From: a virus
Taxonomy: Duplodnaviria > Caudoviricetes
Reading direction: 5' to 3' (one strand)
Length of the DNA: 64,000 nucleotides
IMG/VR virus record: IMGVR_UViG_3300017911_001490
Coordinates: 1 to 64,000 of that record
Part shown: positions 28,126 through 36,435 of the stretch, piece after piece
How positions within the stretch are numbered: the stretch's first letter is position 1
Layout: each line of letters begins with the position of its first letter
Position numbers and translations under genes: made by a program
Notes under the pieces: generated by a model
What the model saw: only the letters and a program-made list of their open reading frames with translations
Database searches by the model: none
What the model was told of the DNA's origin: nothing

Positions 28126-28908
28126 CTATTCTGCAGATGCGAAAGGTAATGCCTTTACGCCATCATTAGAGATGTAACCTTGATCGATACCATCTTGAAG
28201 CACTCGCCTCATATCAGTAGTGGTAAAGGTAACCTTGCAAGTCACATTGAGCCTGCCTTGATCATCTTTCTCTACCTTTTCCGGCTCGGGAACATCATGG
28301 AATGTTGTATTCTCATGTCCGGTGATCAATCGCATCACCTTTTGAGCCTGTACATTCTTACGGAAACCTAGCTTCCGTTGCTCAACTTGCCAAGCGAAGT
28401 ACTCGCTTAATGTAACGGTCTTGGTAGTGACCTTTTTGCCGTCTCGAATGATCGTAATTGCATTTTCAACTTCAAGAATAGAATCCTTGACCTTGCTATG
28501 CAACTTGCCATCGCGAGATACAATCTTGTACATTTCAAGTTGAGCGTTGCCATTGCCGTCACCATCTCGCTTCCACTTGCCTGTCTCACAATAGGTGTCT
28601 ACACCATCCATGAGACATTGAGTAGCATCTTCGATGGTCTTGCCTGTCAGTTCCCACTTGGAAAGCTTAGATACATCTTTCGTTGCGTTTTGATACGCAA
28701 TCAAACGATTGGCATCTTTTGCTTCCTGTTTGCGAGCCTTGGCATCGACTAGTCTCTTAGCGTGGTTGTCAGTGTGTGGAATAATCGCATCATCCCACAT
28801 ACCGATTGCGTTGTTGTCTTGCGAAGCATCAATAAACACGGTTGCGTTATTGTCAGCAGTTTCCTCAACTGCATTGCTTGCGTTAGGCTGATCTTTATCT
28901 TTTGCCAT
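28126..28908 (-). CDS. Hypothetical protein (first gene of the leftward block)
   Basis: 260-aa ORF. Confidence 0.7.
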   Translation of the reverse strand: MAKDKDQPNASNAVEETADNNATVFIDASQDNNAIGMWDDAIIPHTDNHAKRLVDAKARKQEAKDANRLIAYQNATKDVSKLSKWELTGKTIEDATQCLMDGVDTYCETGKWKRDGDGNGNAQLEMYKIVSRDGKLHSKVKDSILEVENAITIIRDGKKVTTKTVTLSEYFAWQVEQRKLGFRKNVQAQKVMRLITGHENTTFHDVPEPEKVEKDDQGRLNVTCKVTFTTTDMRRVLQDGIDQGYISNDGVKALPFASAE

Positions 28909-28914
28909 AAAGTG

Positions 28915-29230
28915 CCATCAACAATGCGAACCAAACAGAGTTCACATCAATGTAGAGGGTTGCCCCAACTCATTCTTTCGAGTGTCATTCGTCCACTCTC
29001 CCCGAGTCAATATTCATCGCCACATAGTCACCACTTGCGTGTGGTTTCCACTACCAATCGTTCATCGAATAGCGTTCGCCTTGCCACTACTGCACCATGT
29101 CGCCATGGGAGGGAATGTACCGTCTGCTTTTGCTTTCGTGAGAGATAGTCTGACCTAAAGACCATTGGTCTTGATGCGTCTTGTCTCGCTTCGGACACTT
29201 TCGGATAGTGTCATCCATGATGGATAAGTA
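28915..29230 (-). ncRNA. Candidate structured RNA or long structured leader
   Basis: No long ORF; serial hairpins, several closing GNRA loops on the minus strand (GGG-GCAA-CCC, CAC-GCAA-GTG, CCATG-GCGA-CATGG). Confidence 0.35.
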
Positions 29231-29400
29231 GTGGTCATAAGTTTCAATTAAGACGGATGCCCCGACTACTTAAATGTATTTGTATTTTGTGCGTTTTCTA
29301 TAGTTCCTTTCGTTGAGTTAATAATAACAGAGGGGAACGGCGACCCTTTCGCCGAACCCATCCTAGAAAACCTTGCTAATAAACGACTTACGACATATCT

Positions 29401-29500
29401 GTAACACTACACCCATAGTGTAACATACCCCCCTTGGGGGGGACGGGTCTTGGCGTGCGTGCATATATATACCCCGATTCTCTAGTTTCCAGCCCCCCTG
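29401..29500. other. Divergence point / possible genome terminus or packaging signal
   Basis: N10-spacer variant of the palindrome (29401-29424), then the inverted repeat CCCCCCTTGGGGGG (29428-29441) and GCGTGCGTGCATATATATA. Confidence 0.3.
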
Positions 29501-29534
29501 ACAAAATCAGGTATCACCACAGGACTACTAGCAG

Positions 29535-29572
29535 TTGACTTTTGCGCATTGTAACACTAAATTTCGTGTTAT
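29535..29572 (+). promoter_or_regulatory. Sigma70-like promoter overlapped by palindrome copy 5
   Basis: TTGACT(29535)-N17-TAAATT(29558); GTAACAC-TAAATTTC-GTGTTAT at 29551-29572 overlapping the ATG at 29571. Confidence 0.7.
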
Positions 29573-30593
29573 GGAAAAGAAGCAAGAGGTCTCAACCGAG
29601 GTTCCGAGTTATTTCATACCTGGTTTAGGTAGTATAATTAGCGGCATAGGCAACTTGGCAACAAATGCAGGTAGTGCCATAGCAAATGGAGCGGGACACC
29701 TAGCTAGTGCGGCCTCTCACATACCAGTAGTGGGTAATGTACTACAGGGAGGGATCACTAGCATGGGGAACGGGCTTGGTCAACTGGTGTCAGGTAACCT
29801 TACTGGTGGCTTAAACAGTATGTACTTAGGTGCAGATAAGCTTTTGGGCGGAGTTTTGCCTGGTGGACAAGCGTTTGGTGCGGGTTATTTGGGAAATATG
29901 TATGGCGCGGCAGACCGTGCGTTGGGTGGATACCTTCCAAACATAGGTGGAGTGGGTGCTACTCCTGCACAAATGAGTGGTGCGGCATTAAATGCGGCAA
30001 GTGGTGGAGTACCGGGTGCAATGCCTGTCGCTGGACAGGGTAATGGATTTGGTGGAGTTGCTGTAAATGCTCCAGGAGCAGTACCGGGTGCAGTGCCTGC
30101 AGTGCCTCAGATGAGTAATTGGGATAAGTTGGCAACGGGAATACAGGGTGCGGGTCTACTTGGATCAATATTTTCGGGGAATAAAGGTACGGCACAAGCG
30201 GCAATGATGTATCCTGGTCAATTAGCACCGGGTGCAGGAAGGTCATCAAGTCCGTTAGGTCAGACAATTAAGCAAGATCCTGTTATGCAGGGTGATGGAG
30301 TAGGTGCATCTGCTACGGGTCAGGGCAAGAATAAGACTCCAGGACTAGATTCCGTTGAGGTTGGTGTAAACCCTGCGGCTCCGCCATCAAGTCCCGAAGA
30401 GATGATTACTGAAGAAATTGGTTTAACTTTGGATAAGTACCTAGAGGGAGCAGGAACACCGATGGAAGAAGTGGAAGAGAATAGTCCATTAAGCCCAAGG
30501 AACCGGAAGAAAAGATATACGAACCGAGACGCTAATAAAGCCGCCAGGACACCAAGGACTGTTACTCCAAGACCTAATAGGAGAAGTGGATAG
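29571..30593 (+). CDS. Gly/Ala-rich protein, possible minor virion or pilot protein
   Basis: Amphipathic Gly-rich repeats; acidic then basic C-terminus. Confidence 0.6.
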   Translation: MEKKQEVSTEVPSYFIPGLGSIISGIGNLATNAGSAIANGAGHLASAASHIPVVGNVLQGGITSMGNGLGQLVSGNLTGGLNSMYLGADKLLGGVLPGGQAFGAGYLGNMYGAADRALGGYLPNIGGVGATPAQMSGAALNAASGGVPGAMPVAGQGNGFGGVAVNAPGAVPGAVPAVPQMSNWDKLATGIQGAGLLGSIFSGNKGTAQAAMMYPGQLAPGAGRSSSPLGQTIKQDPVMQGDGVGASATGQGKNKTPGLDSVEVGVNPAAPPSSPEEMITEEIGLTLDKYLEGAGTPMEEVEENSPLSPRNRKKRYTNRDANKAARTPRTVTPRPNRRSG

Positions 30594-30892
30594 TGGGATT
30601 TAAGAGGTTTAAAGAATTTCTCAGAGTTGCCTTCGGACCGAAGGTTTCTTTCAAAGACTGGCTCGCAATACTCAAGGCGAGCTTTTTGGTATATAGGAGT
30701 CCTTACTCACAGGCAATGTGGCGGGAGAGGATGCGTAAATGCTACAACTGCCCAATATTTGATAAGACCCGCAAGACATGCCGACCATTCGAGGGTTCGG
30801 TTATGGGATGTGGGTGCTACGCACCATATAAGGCATTGGTTAAGGAACATTGCTGGGGGCGTGAAAGATTTGGAGATAATTTCGGATGGTAA
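30593..30892 (+). CDS. Cys-rich hypothetical protein
   Basis: CYNC...C...CGC...C pattern. Confidence 0.6.
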   Translation: MGFKRFKEFLRVAFGPKVSFKDWLAILKASFLVYRSPYSQAMWRERMRKCYNCPIFDKTRKTCRPFEGSVMGCGCYAPYKALVKEHCWGRERFGDNFGW

Positions 30893-31092
30893 TGAAGTGG
30901 TCAGGACTAAAAGGGGAAGTGAGTGACGGGAAGTACTACGCAACCCTAGAACTAAGCACCGAAAACGGAGAGCCCGAGTGGTTTTGTTTATTCAGTAAAG
31001 ACACTGGAGATTGGGCGATTAGAGAATTTTTTGAAGTGGGTAAGCTGGAGCAGGCTTATAAGTGGTGTATAAACCAACTGAAAAGCAAATGA
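30886..31092 (+). CDS. Hypothetical protein
   Basis: Coupled ORF. Confidence 0.5.
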   Translation: MVMKWSGLKGEVSDGKYYATLELSTENGEPEWFCLFSKDTGDWAIREFFEVGKLEQAYKWCINQLKSK

Positions 31093-31271
31093 GCGGAGAA
31101 CAAGATAATAGCCTACAGGCTGTCCTTGAGAGTCGTAAGCAGAATATACAGATGGACTTGCAAGTTCTTGAAAACAGTCAGAAACGACTGGAAGATGAGA
31201 AAGCAAGACTCCTTCTTAAACTGATGCACACTCGGGAGAGCTTACTGGCGATCACCGAACAGGATGAGTAA
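31089..31271 (+). CDS. Coiled-coil hypothetical protein
   Basis: ATGA coupling at 31089. Confidence 0.55.
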   Translation: MSGEQDNSLQAVLESRKQNIQMDLQVLENSQKRLEDEKARLLLKLMHTRESLLAITEQDE

Positions 31272-31518
31272 ACCTGCCTTCGTTGTCCGGGCTGACCTGG
31301 GCAATCTTGGGTGGGTGGTAAAACTATCCCATGAGACCATGGGGGAAGTTCCTGTCGGCCCAAGGCTTGCCAAGGGAACTAGATTCCCAAATGAAATTGG
31401 CACATTTTTTGAAAATAAATCGGATGCGCTTCGCGCATGTGAGGTATGGGACGAATGGTATTTTAATCAGCCGTATGTAAAGAAACCCAAGAAACAGAAT
31501 GCGAAGTATCTTGCATGA
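31264..31518 (+). CDS. Hypothetical protein
   Basis: Coupled ORF. Confidence 0.55.
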   Translation: MSKPAFVVRADLGNLGWVVKLSHETMGEVPVGPRLAKGTRFPNEIGTFFENKSDALRACEVWDEWYFNQPYVKKPKKQNAKYLA

Positions 31519-31522
31519 TCAT

Positions 31523-31544
31523 GTTACACGAATTAAAATGTTAC
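31523..31544 (+). promoter_or_regulatory. 22-bp phage regulatory palindrome, copy 6
   Basis: GTTACAC-GAATTAAA-ATGTTAC, 1 nt before the ATG at 31546. Confidence 0.7.
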
Positions 31545-31545
31545 T

Positions 31546-31680
31546 ATGCCTAAGAAAGCTAAATCCAAAAAGGATGCCTGTTACCATAAGGTAAAGCGTT
31601 CATATAAGGTATTCCCTAGTGCGTATGCTAGTGGGGCTATAGCTAAGTGTCGTAAGAAAAAAGCAGGGAAGAAGAAGTGA
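31546..31680 (+). CDS. Small basic phage protein (44 aa, not in ORF track)
   Basis: MPKKAKSKKDACYHKVKRSYKVFPSAYASGAIAKCRKKKAGKKK. Confidence 0.75.
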   Translation: MPKKAKSKKDACYHKVKRSYKVFPSAYASGAIAKCRKKKAGKKK

Positions 31681-31922
31681 GGGGTACGCAGTATGATGAT
31701 GCTAAACTTATGGATAAGGCTCTTGAGGAGTTTCAGAAAAAGGCTCGGGCAAAGTTCATTGATGGCATCTTTGAGCATAACCCTGACGGTACTAAAGGAA
31801 TGTGCCGAATGTCTTTCGAGGATCGTATTAAAAATGCGAAGGAGGAAGTAATAGACCTTTGGTTCTACTTAACATCATTGGAATATGGCAGTAAGAAAGA
31901 CAGCAAAGGGAGCGGCTCTTAA
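31677..31922 (+). CDS. Hypothetical protein
   Basis: GTGA coupling; AKEEVIDLWFY pattern. Confidence 0.55.
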   Translation: MRGTQYDDAKLMDKALEEFQKKARAKFIDGIFEHNPDGTKGMCRMSFEDRIKNAKEEVIDLWFYLTSLEYGSKKDSKGSGS

Positions 31923-32121
31923 GCGTTGGTTTAAGGAGAAGTGGAAGGATCAGGATGGAGATGCCTGTGGTAAGAAGAAGGGGAAGGTAAAGAAATGCCG
32001 ACCCACAAAAAGAGTTTCTAAAAAAACACCTAAGACTTGGAAACAAGTCGGAAAAAACAAGAAAAAGCTCGTAGCTGAAAAACGGCGAGTAGGCATGGGG
32101 CGCAGGACAAAAAAGGCATAA
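31885..32121 (+). CDS. Small basic phage protein
   Basis: LKRWFKEKW...CG...CRPTKRVSKKTPKT. Confidence 0.75.
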   Translation: MAVRKTAKGAALKRWFKEKWKDQDGDACGKKKGKVKKCRPTKRVSKKTPKTWKQVGKNKKKLVAEKRRVGMGRRTKKA

Positions 32122-32123
32122 TT

Positions 32124-32249
32124 ATGGCATACGGTAAGAAAACAAAGGCAAAGAAAGCAAAAGTGGCAAAAAAGCCCTTTAAACCATGCAGTAAGTGCAA
32201 GTTCCCGGCTAAGTGTAAAAAGGCTGGTAAATGCTTAGGAAAGAAATGA
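32124..32249 (+). CDS. Small Lys/Cys-rich protein (41 aa, not in ORF track)
   Basis: MAYGKKTKAKK...CSKCKFPAKCKKAGKCLGKK. Confidence 0.65.
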   Translation: MAYGKKTKAKKAKVAKKPFKPCSKCKFPAKCKKAGKCLGKK

Positions 32250-32282
32250 ACTGCGGTTGTACAAAATGTAGAGGAGGCAAAC

Positions 32283-32555
32283 ATGGCAACAAAAAGAAAG
32301 TCAGCAAAGCCAGCAAAAGGAAAACGGTTCGCAAAGGTCGTAAGAAATCCTAAGACTGGCAGGAAGCGTAAAGTATCTTACGGACAAGCAGGTAAAGCCA
32401 AAGGTGGTGGGGATAGGATACGCCCTGGCACCAAGAAGGGTGATGCCTACTGCGCCCGTAGTGCGGGCATAAAAAAGTGCAAGAACCCACCATGTGCCAA
32501 TGACCTCTCTCGTAAGAAGTGGAAGTGTCGCGGCAAGAAGTCTATGCGTAAATGA
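32283..32555 (+). CDS. Small basic phage protein
   Basis: VSYGQAG...GTKKGDAYCARS...LSRKKWKC. Confidence 0.75.
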   Translation: MATKRKSAKPAKGKRFAKVVRNPKTGRKRKVSYGQAGKAKGGGDRIRPGTKKGDAYCARSAGIKKCKNPPCANDLSRKKWKCRGKKSMRK

Positions 32556-32875
32556 CCCAACTAGGTGAAGAGTCTACCGCGCGGGTAAATCTGCAGTTCG
32601 CCGCCAAGGTCATAGCCCTGGTCGGAACATGTGTCTGGGGATACAGTGTGGTGTGGAATAAGATCAACGCCATAGAACTGGACATAGAGCGTGTGAAGCA
32701 TGAGCTTGAACTTAACTCAGAATTTAGGGTCAAATGGCCTCGAGGTGAATTGGGGTCGTTACCCGATGATGCCGAGCAAAATATGCGCCTTAAATACCTA
32801 GAGGGTGTAGTAGGGAAAATGGAGGAACAAGTTGACCACCTCAGATACAAGTTTGGATCATCTTCCGGTAATTAA
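32552..32875 (+). CDS. Single-TM coiled-coil protein
   Basis: Hydrophobic FAAKVIALVGTCVWGYSVVW followed by a coiled coil. Confidence 0.6.
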   Translation: MTQLGEESTARVNLQFAAKVIALVGTCVWGYSVVWNKINAIELDIERVKHELELNSEFRVKWPRGELGSLPDDAEQNMRLKYLEGVVGKMEEQVDHLRYKFGSSSGN

Positions 32876-33050
32876 GATTGTCTCCGAGGAGGAGGAGATG
32901 CATGTAAGGATGAACCTTGAGATGGAGGATTCTACACACGCTACGCTAGTCAAGATGGGTAAGGAAGTAGCCACAGATGAGGACTTTGTGCAAATAGCCA
33001 TTACCCATGGGTTAAAGGAATATATTGACCAATCAGAGTCACACGAATAA
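32832..33050 (+). CDS. Hypothetical protein
   Basis: Co-directional; start uncertain. Confidence 0.45.
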   Translation: MTTSDTSLDHLPVIKIVSEEEEMHVRMNLEMEDSTHATLVKMGKEVATDEDFVQIAITHGLKEYIDQSESHE

Positions 33051-33059
33051 CATAGTAAC

Positions 33060-34454
33060 ATGTTTGGATTCGGTACAGCCCTCAAAAGTATATTTGACCA
33101 AGGACCAAGACCCGCACGTAGTGGATTCGGCTTATCAGGCATAGCAAGTGGTTTCGCTAAACCATCATACGGTGGATACACAGGAATGGGTAGAGGTTTA
33201 TCAGGTCTTAGTAGGGGAACTTACGACTTTGGTGGTGGATTCAGAAACGCTTATGATCCCGTAACATCTGCACAGAGCGTGGGTCGCAGGCCAAAGAGAT
33301 TAGCTACAGATTTATTCAGTAGATTCAATGACCGTGATCTGCGTACAGCACCTCGTCCTGATGCACCTATGCTTACGAGGCAAGTACCTGAAGAGTATCA
33401 GGAGTTGGTAAATTACCAAGACCCCGACTACTTTAATTATGTCAGAAACACACCTGATCTAAGAAAAGCATTTGAAAATTCACCTGAGGCTAAAGCTCTA
33501 TATGAACCCGCATGGGATTCGACTGCAGGTAAGATAGACGAAAGTAAGCTAGACCTAGATGCATACAGAGATGCCGCAATAAAGTTTGGTGAAACTCACT
33601 ACAATGATTTCGGAAAGGGCGAGGGTCGTGATCTTCCAATGATTGATCGTCAGCGGTATGAGACCAAAGAGCGTATGATTGATGAGATGTATGAGGGTGA
33701 GCGTCCCGATCGTGAGCAACTCTTTGATACAGCCCGTAACGCAATTCAGGATAGACTTTATAGTAACATGGGTAGACAGCGTGAGTTTAACCCGTATAAT
33801 TTTGATTCATATTCTCCTAGCAGACGCGGAATGGGTAGAGGGCCTCTCAATATGGGGCTAGACTCTATGTTCGGAGGAATGTTTAGAAATAGTTCTCCAT
33901 ACGGACAATTCCCTGGATTTGGAGGTATGCAGCCATTCAATCCTTACGGAGGTGGTAGAAGAGGTATGTTTGGCATGCAACAACAAGCACCCTTCGGTGG
34001 TATGTTTGGTGGATCCCCATACAATACTTCATTCAGTGATGACGGTATGAGTGGTGGAATCTTTGGAGGTATCGGTCGTGGACTTGGTGGTATGTTTAGT
34101 CGTCCAAGTATGGGAGGAGCTATGGATCCTTTCATGACACCAAGAGGTGGACGCGGTATGTTTGGTGCGATGAATGATATTGCCCGACGCGGTATGCAAG
34201 CTAACAGGCAGGGAGCTGGTGGACCACGAGTTCCAGCGATGCGCCACGGGCAATCAGAAGGTGGTGATTTACCTAGCGGATATAGCTACAAACCAACTCC
34301 AGGCATGGCATACTCAATGGATATGCCAAAGAATGGTGGTAGATGGGCATACGGTCCCGAAGGGGACAGAATCGAAGTAGGTGGCACTCAGCCAAAACCA
34401 GTTGGAGGCAGGGGACTCATGGGTATGAGTTTCCTAAGAAATCTATTTGGATGA
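33060..34454 (+). CDS. Gly/Met/Phe/Arg-rich low-complexity protein
   Basis: Repeated GGMF, GMFG and GRG units flanking a central domain. Confidence 0.7.
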   Translation: MFGFGTALKSIFDQGPRPARSGFGLSGIASGFAKPSYGGYTGMGRGLSGLSRGTYDFGGGFRNAYDPVTSAQSVGRRPKRLATDLFSRFNDRDLRTAPRPDAPMLTRQVPEEYQELVNYQDPDYFNYVRNTPDLRKAFENSPEAKALYEPAWDSTAGKIDESKLDLDAYRDAAIKFGETHYNDFGKGEGRDLPMIDRQRYETKERMIDEMYEGERPDREQLFDTARNAIQDRLYSNMGRQREFNPYNFDSYSPSRRGMGRGPLNMGLDSMFGGMFRNSSPYGQFPGFGGMQPFNPYGGGRRGMFGMQQQAPFGGMFGGSPYNTSFSDDGMSGGIFGGIGRGLGGMFSRPSMGGAMDPFMTPRGGRGMFGAMNDIARRGMQANRQGAGGPRVPAMRHGQSEGGDLPSGYSYKPTPGMAYSMDMPKNGGRWAYGPEGDRIEVGGTQPKPVGGRGLMGMSFLRNLFG

Positions 34455-34690
34455 TGAAGTGTGAATGGATGGAAGCAAAGCGTTTCCTCCTCACAAGCTT
34501 ACAAAACCCTGAGAATGTACATCTAGTAGACCTAGATGAGTTTGACGGATACGGTGAGTGTTCTTGCGAACACTACACCTTCCGCCTCTTGCCTCGATTA
34601 AAACTTAGGAAACGACCTCTAGTTCCGGCTTGTCGGCACCTTCGGATGGCGCGTCGGGAGCTTGCGCGTTTGCTCGTGCCTGACGAGTAA
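34451..34690 (+). CDS. SWIM-type zinc-finger-like protein
   Basis: GECSC...ACRH motif; ATGA coupling. Confidence 0.6.
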   Translation: MMKCEWMEAKRFLLTSLQNPENVHLVDLDEFDGYGECSCEHYTFRLLPRLKLRKRPLVPACRHLRMARRELARLLVPDE

Positions 34691-34868
34691 TTCTCTCATA
34701 GACATCCATCTTGGCACATTCTATGTGTCCGATCAGTTCGCCCAGAGTTAACTCTTGCTCCTGCCCGAGTTTAAGTGCGAGTCCAATAATAGCTTCCGCT
34801 ACAGGGACTTTTTCGTTAGTCTTTTCCTCGGCTTTAGCCTCGGGTGTTGCTGTCTTTTTCTTAGCCAT
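34605..34868 (-). CDS. Hypothetical protein
   Basis: Last gene of the leftward block; converges on the SWIM gene. Confidence 0.55.
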   Translation of the reverse strand: MAKKKTATPEAKAEEKTNEKVPVAEAIIGLALKLGQEQELTLGELIGHIECAKMDVYERITRQARANAQAPDAPSEGADKPELEVVS

Positions 34869-34939
34869 ATTTTTACTTCATTAGGAGTTTCTCTAGGACT
34901 AGGATGCCTAGAATTAAAAAGAGTGCGTATGTGAGTAGC

Positions 34940-35767
34940 TCAATCATCCTTAGTTGCTTCCTTCTTGTCTTCTTTGAGCCAAAATACGAATAGGTATCGA
35001 TCACCTGACTTGAGGGGTAAACCTCTATGCAAACATCCGTATGTTGGGAATATAAGTGCATGACCATTGGGAAGTGGATCAACTACACCCGTATTCCAAA
35101 ATTCTGTACCACCACCTTCGTATCCACCCGTGTTAAGTGGTACGACCATAGTGATGTCTGCATCGCCATCATGATGCCAGGTTGTTTGAGTGATTTCCTT
35201 TGGGTTGTAGTTAGCTAACTGAATGATCCCATCGGTTACGATTCTCTGAAACAGAGAAGCAAAGATGACATTTATCTTACCTGCAATAATCTGCCACATG
35301 GAGTAATACCAACCGGGTGATTTCTCTGCTAATTTAAACTCTTCGATCTGTACTTCCTTCTCCTCGCCTTCATTGACTGAAAACCCATTCGTCTGCTTGA
35401 TGTGGTTAATCTCATCAAGAACTACCTTACAAAAGGTATCAGAGAATAAAGGCATAGAGTACACTCCATCAAAGTGCTTGGTCACATGATCCAGTACTGG
35501 AAAGTCAATGGGTTGTGCGTCATTCCTATACTCCACATCATCCAAAAATTTCTTACAGACAGGCTTACTCTCCTCGATTGATTTTGATACATCTTCTTGG
35601 ATCATCCACTCAGCAGGCACGCAGAGTAAGTGATTCTTCAGCAAGTAAGCTGAGTCTTTAGGCTCAAGGAAGTCTAGGTTCATTGTTCTCGTAAAAACAT
35701 ATTGGACAACTGCCATGCCCTGGCATCGGGCAACAGGTCTTCCTTTTGCAGTTCGAACTGCACCCAT
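34940..35767 (-). CDS. 2OG-Fe(II) dioxygenase (prolyl/lysyl-hydroxylase-like)
   Basis: WHHD...TMVVPLN...YEGGGTEF...HRGLP...GDRY (HxD...H...R); start may be 35683. Confidence 0.85.
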   Translation of the reverse strand: MGAVRTAKGRPVARCQGMAVVQYVFTRTMNLDFLEPKDSAYLLKNHLLCVPAEWMIQEDVSKSIEESKPVCKKFLDDVEYRNDAQPIDFPVLDHVTKHFDGVYSMPLFSDTFCKVVLDEINHIKQTNGFSVNEGEEKEVQIEEFKLAEKSPGWYYSMWQIIAGKINVIFASLFQRIVTDGIIQLANYNPKEITQTTWHHDGDADITMVVPLNTGGYEGGGTEFWNTGVVDPLPNGHALIFPTYGCLHRGLPLKSGDRYLFVFWLKEDKKEATKDD

Positions 35768-35800
35768 TAAGGAAAATGATAATGATCAGAATTAAAAACT

Positions 35801-36082
35801 TCATATTAGGAATCCTTTCTCTCTTGCCCATGCGGGCTCTCTATGAATCTTGTCATGACAGGATCTGCATACGGATAACCAAGTATCGACATCAAGGTAA
35901 TGTTTCCCCCGTCCCGCCTTGTGGTGAATGTCTGTTGAGTTTGCCTTCATACACACTTCGCAGATAGGAAGCTTTTCCATAAACTCGGTCCTTAGTGTCC
36001 CATACTCCCGCATTTCTTTCTGCCTCTTCTTGCTCGCTCTGCGCAGGGGAGTTTTTCTTTTGAGAGGCCCTGAACGCTTCAC
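35801..36082 (-). CDS. HNH endonuclease
   Basis: CEVC...DIHH...CRSCHDKIH. Confidence 0.85.
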   Translation of the reverse strand: MKRSGPLKRKTPLRRASKKRQKEMREYGTLRTEFMEKLPICEVCMKANSTDIHHKAGRGKHYLDVDTWLSVCRSCHDKIHREPAWAREKGFLI

Positions 36083-36171
36083 TGTTTATCCTGATTATTG
36101 TTTCCAGGTCCCACATACAAATATCCACAGAAAGTTAATATAATTATCAATAAAAGTATTGCCCACATCTT

Positions 36172-36193
36172 GTTACACGATTTTATGTGTTAC
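36172..36193 (+). promoter_or_regulatory. 22-bp phage regulatory palindrome, copy 7
   Basis: GTTACAC-GATTTTAT-GTGTTAC abutting the ATG at 36194. Confidence 0.7.
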
Positions 36194-36403
36194 ATGCAAA
36201 CCGATGTCAACCCCGATACGGAGGAAATGGAGTTTGATTACTATCTTTCCCTCGCGAAACTTTTCGACGAAGGTTATCCTTCGATACCCCACGCACACTG
36301 CGCCAACGCTTCAGTCCCTGCATCCCCGACTCATGGTATACCCGAGAAACGCGACCCCACACCAGAAGAGTGCGCCACAACTGACGCACCCTTCCGGGAA
36401 TAG
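36194..36403 (+). CDS. Lone plus-strand hypothetical protein (69 aa)
   Basis: Fills the gap between HNH and SSB; ATG directly follows the palindrome. Confidence 0.5.
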   Translation: MQTDVNPDTEEMEFDYYLSLAKLFDEGYPSIPHAHCANASVPASPTHGIPEKRDPTPEECATTDAPFRE

Positions 36404-36435
36404 AGTAAGCACTCCTGACAAGTAGTCGGACAACA

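Noticed and set aside
9975-28908. Recently inserted plasmid or ICE carrying PRTRC
   Set aside because: No relaxase, T4SS or flanking direct repeats seen, and three copies of the phage-wide palindrome lie inside the block, indicating regulatory integration
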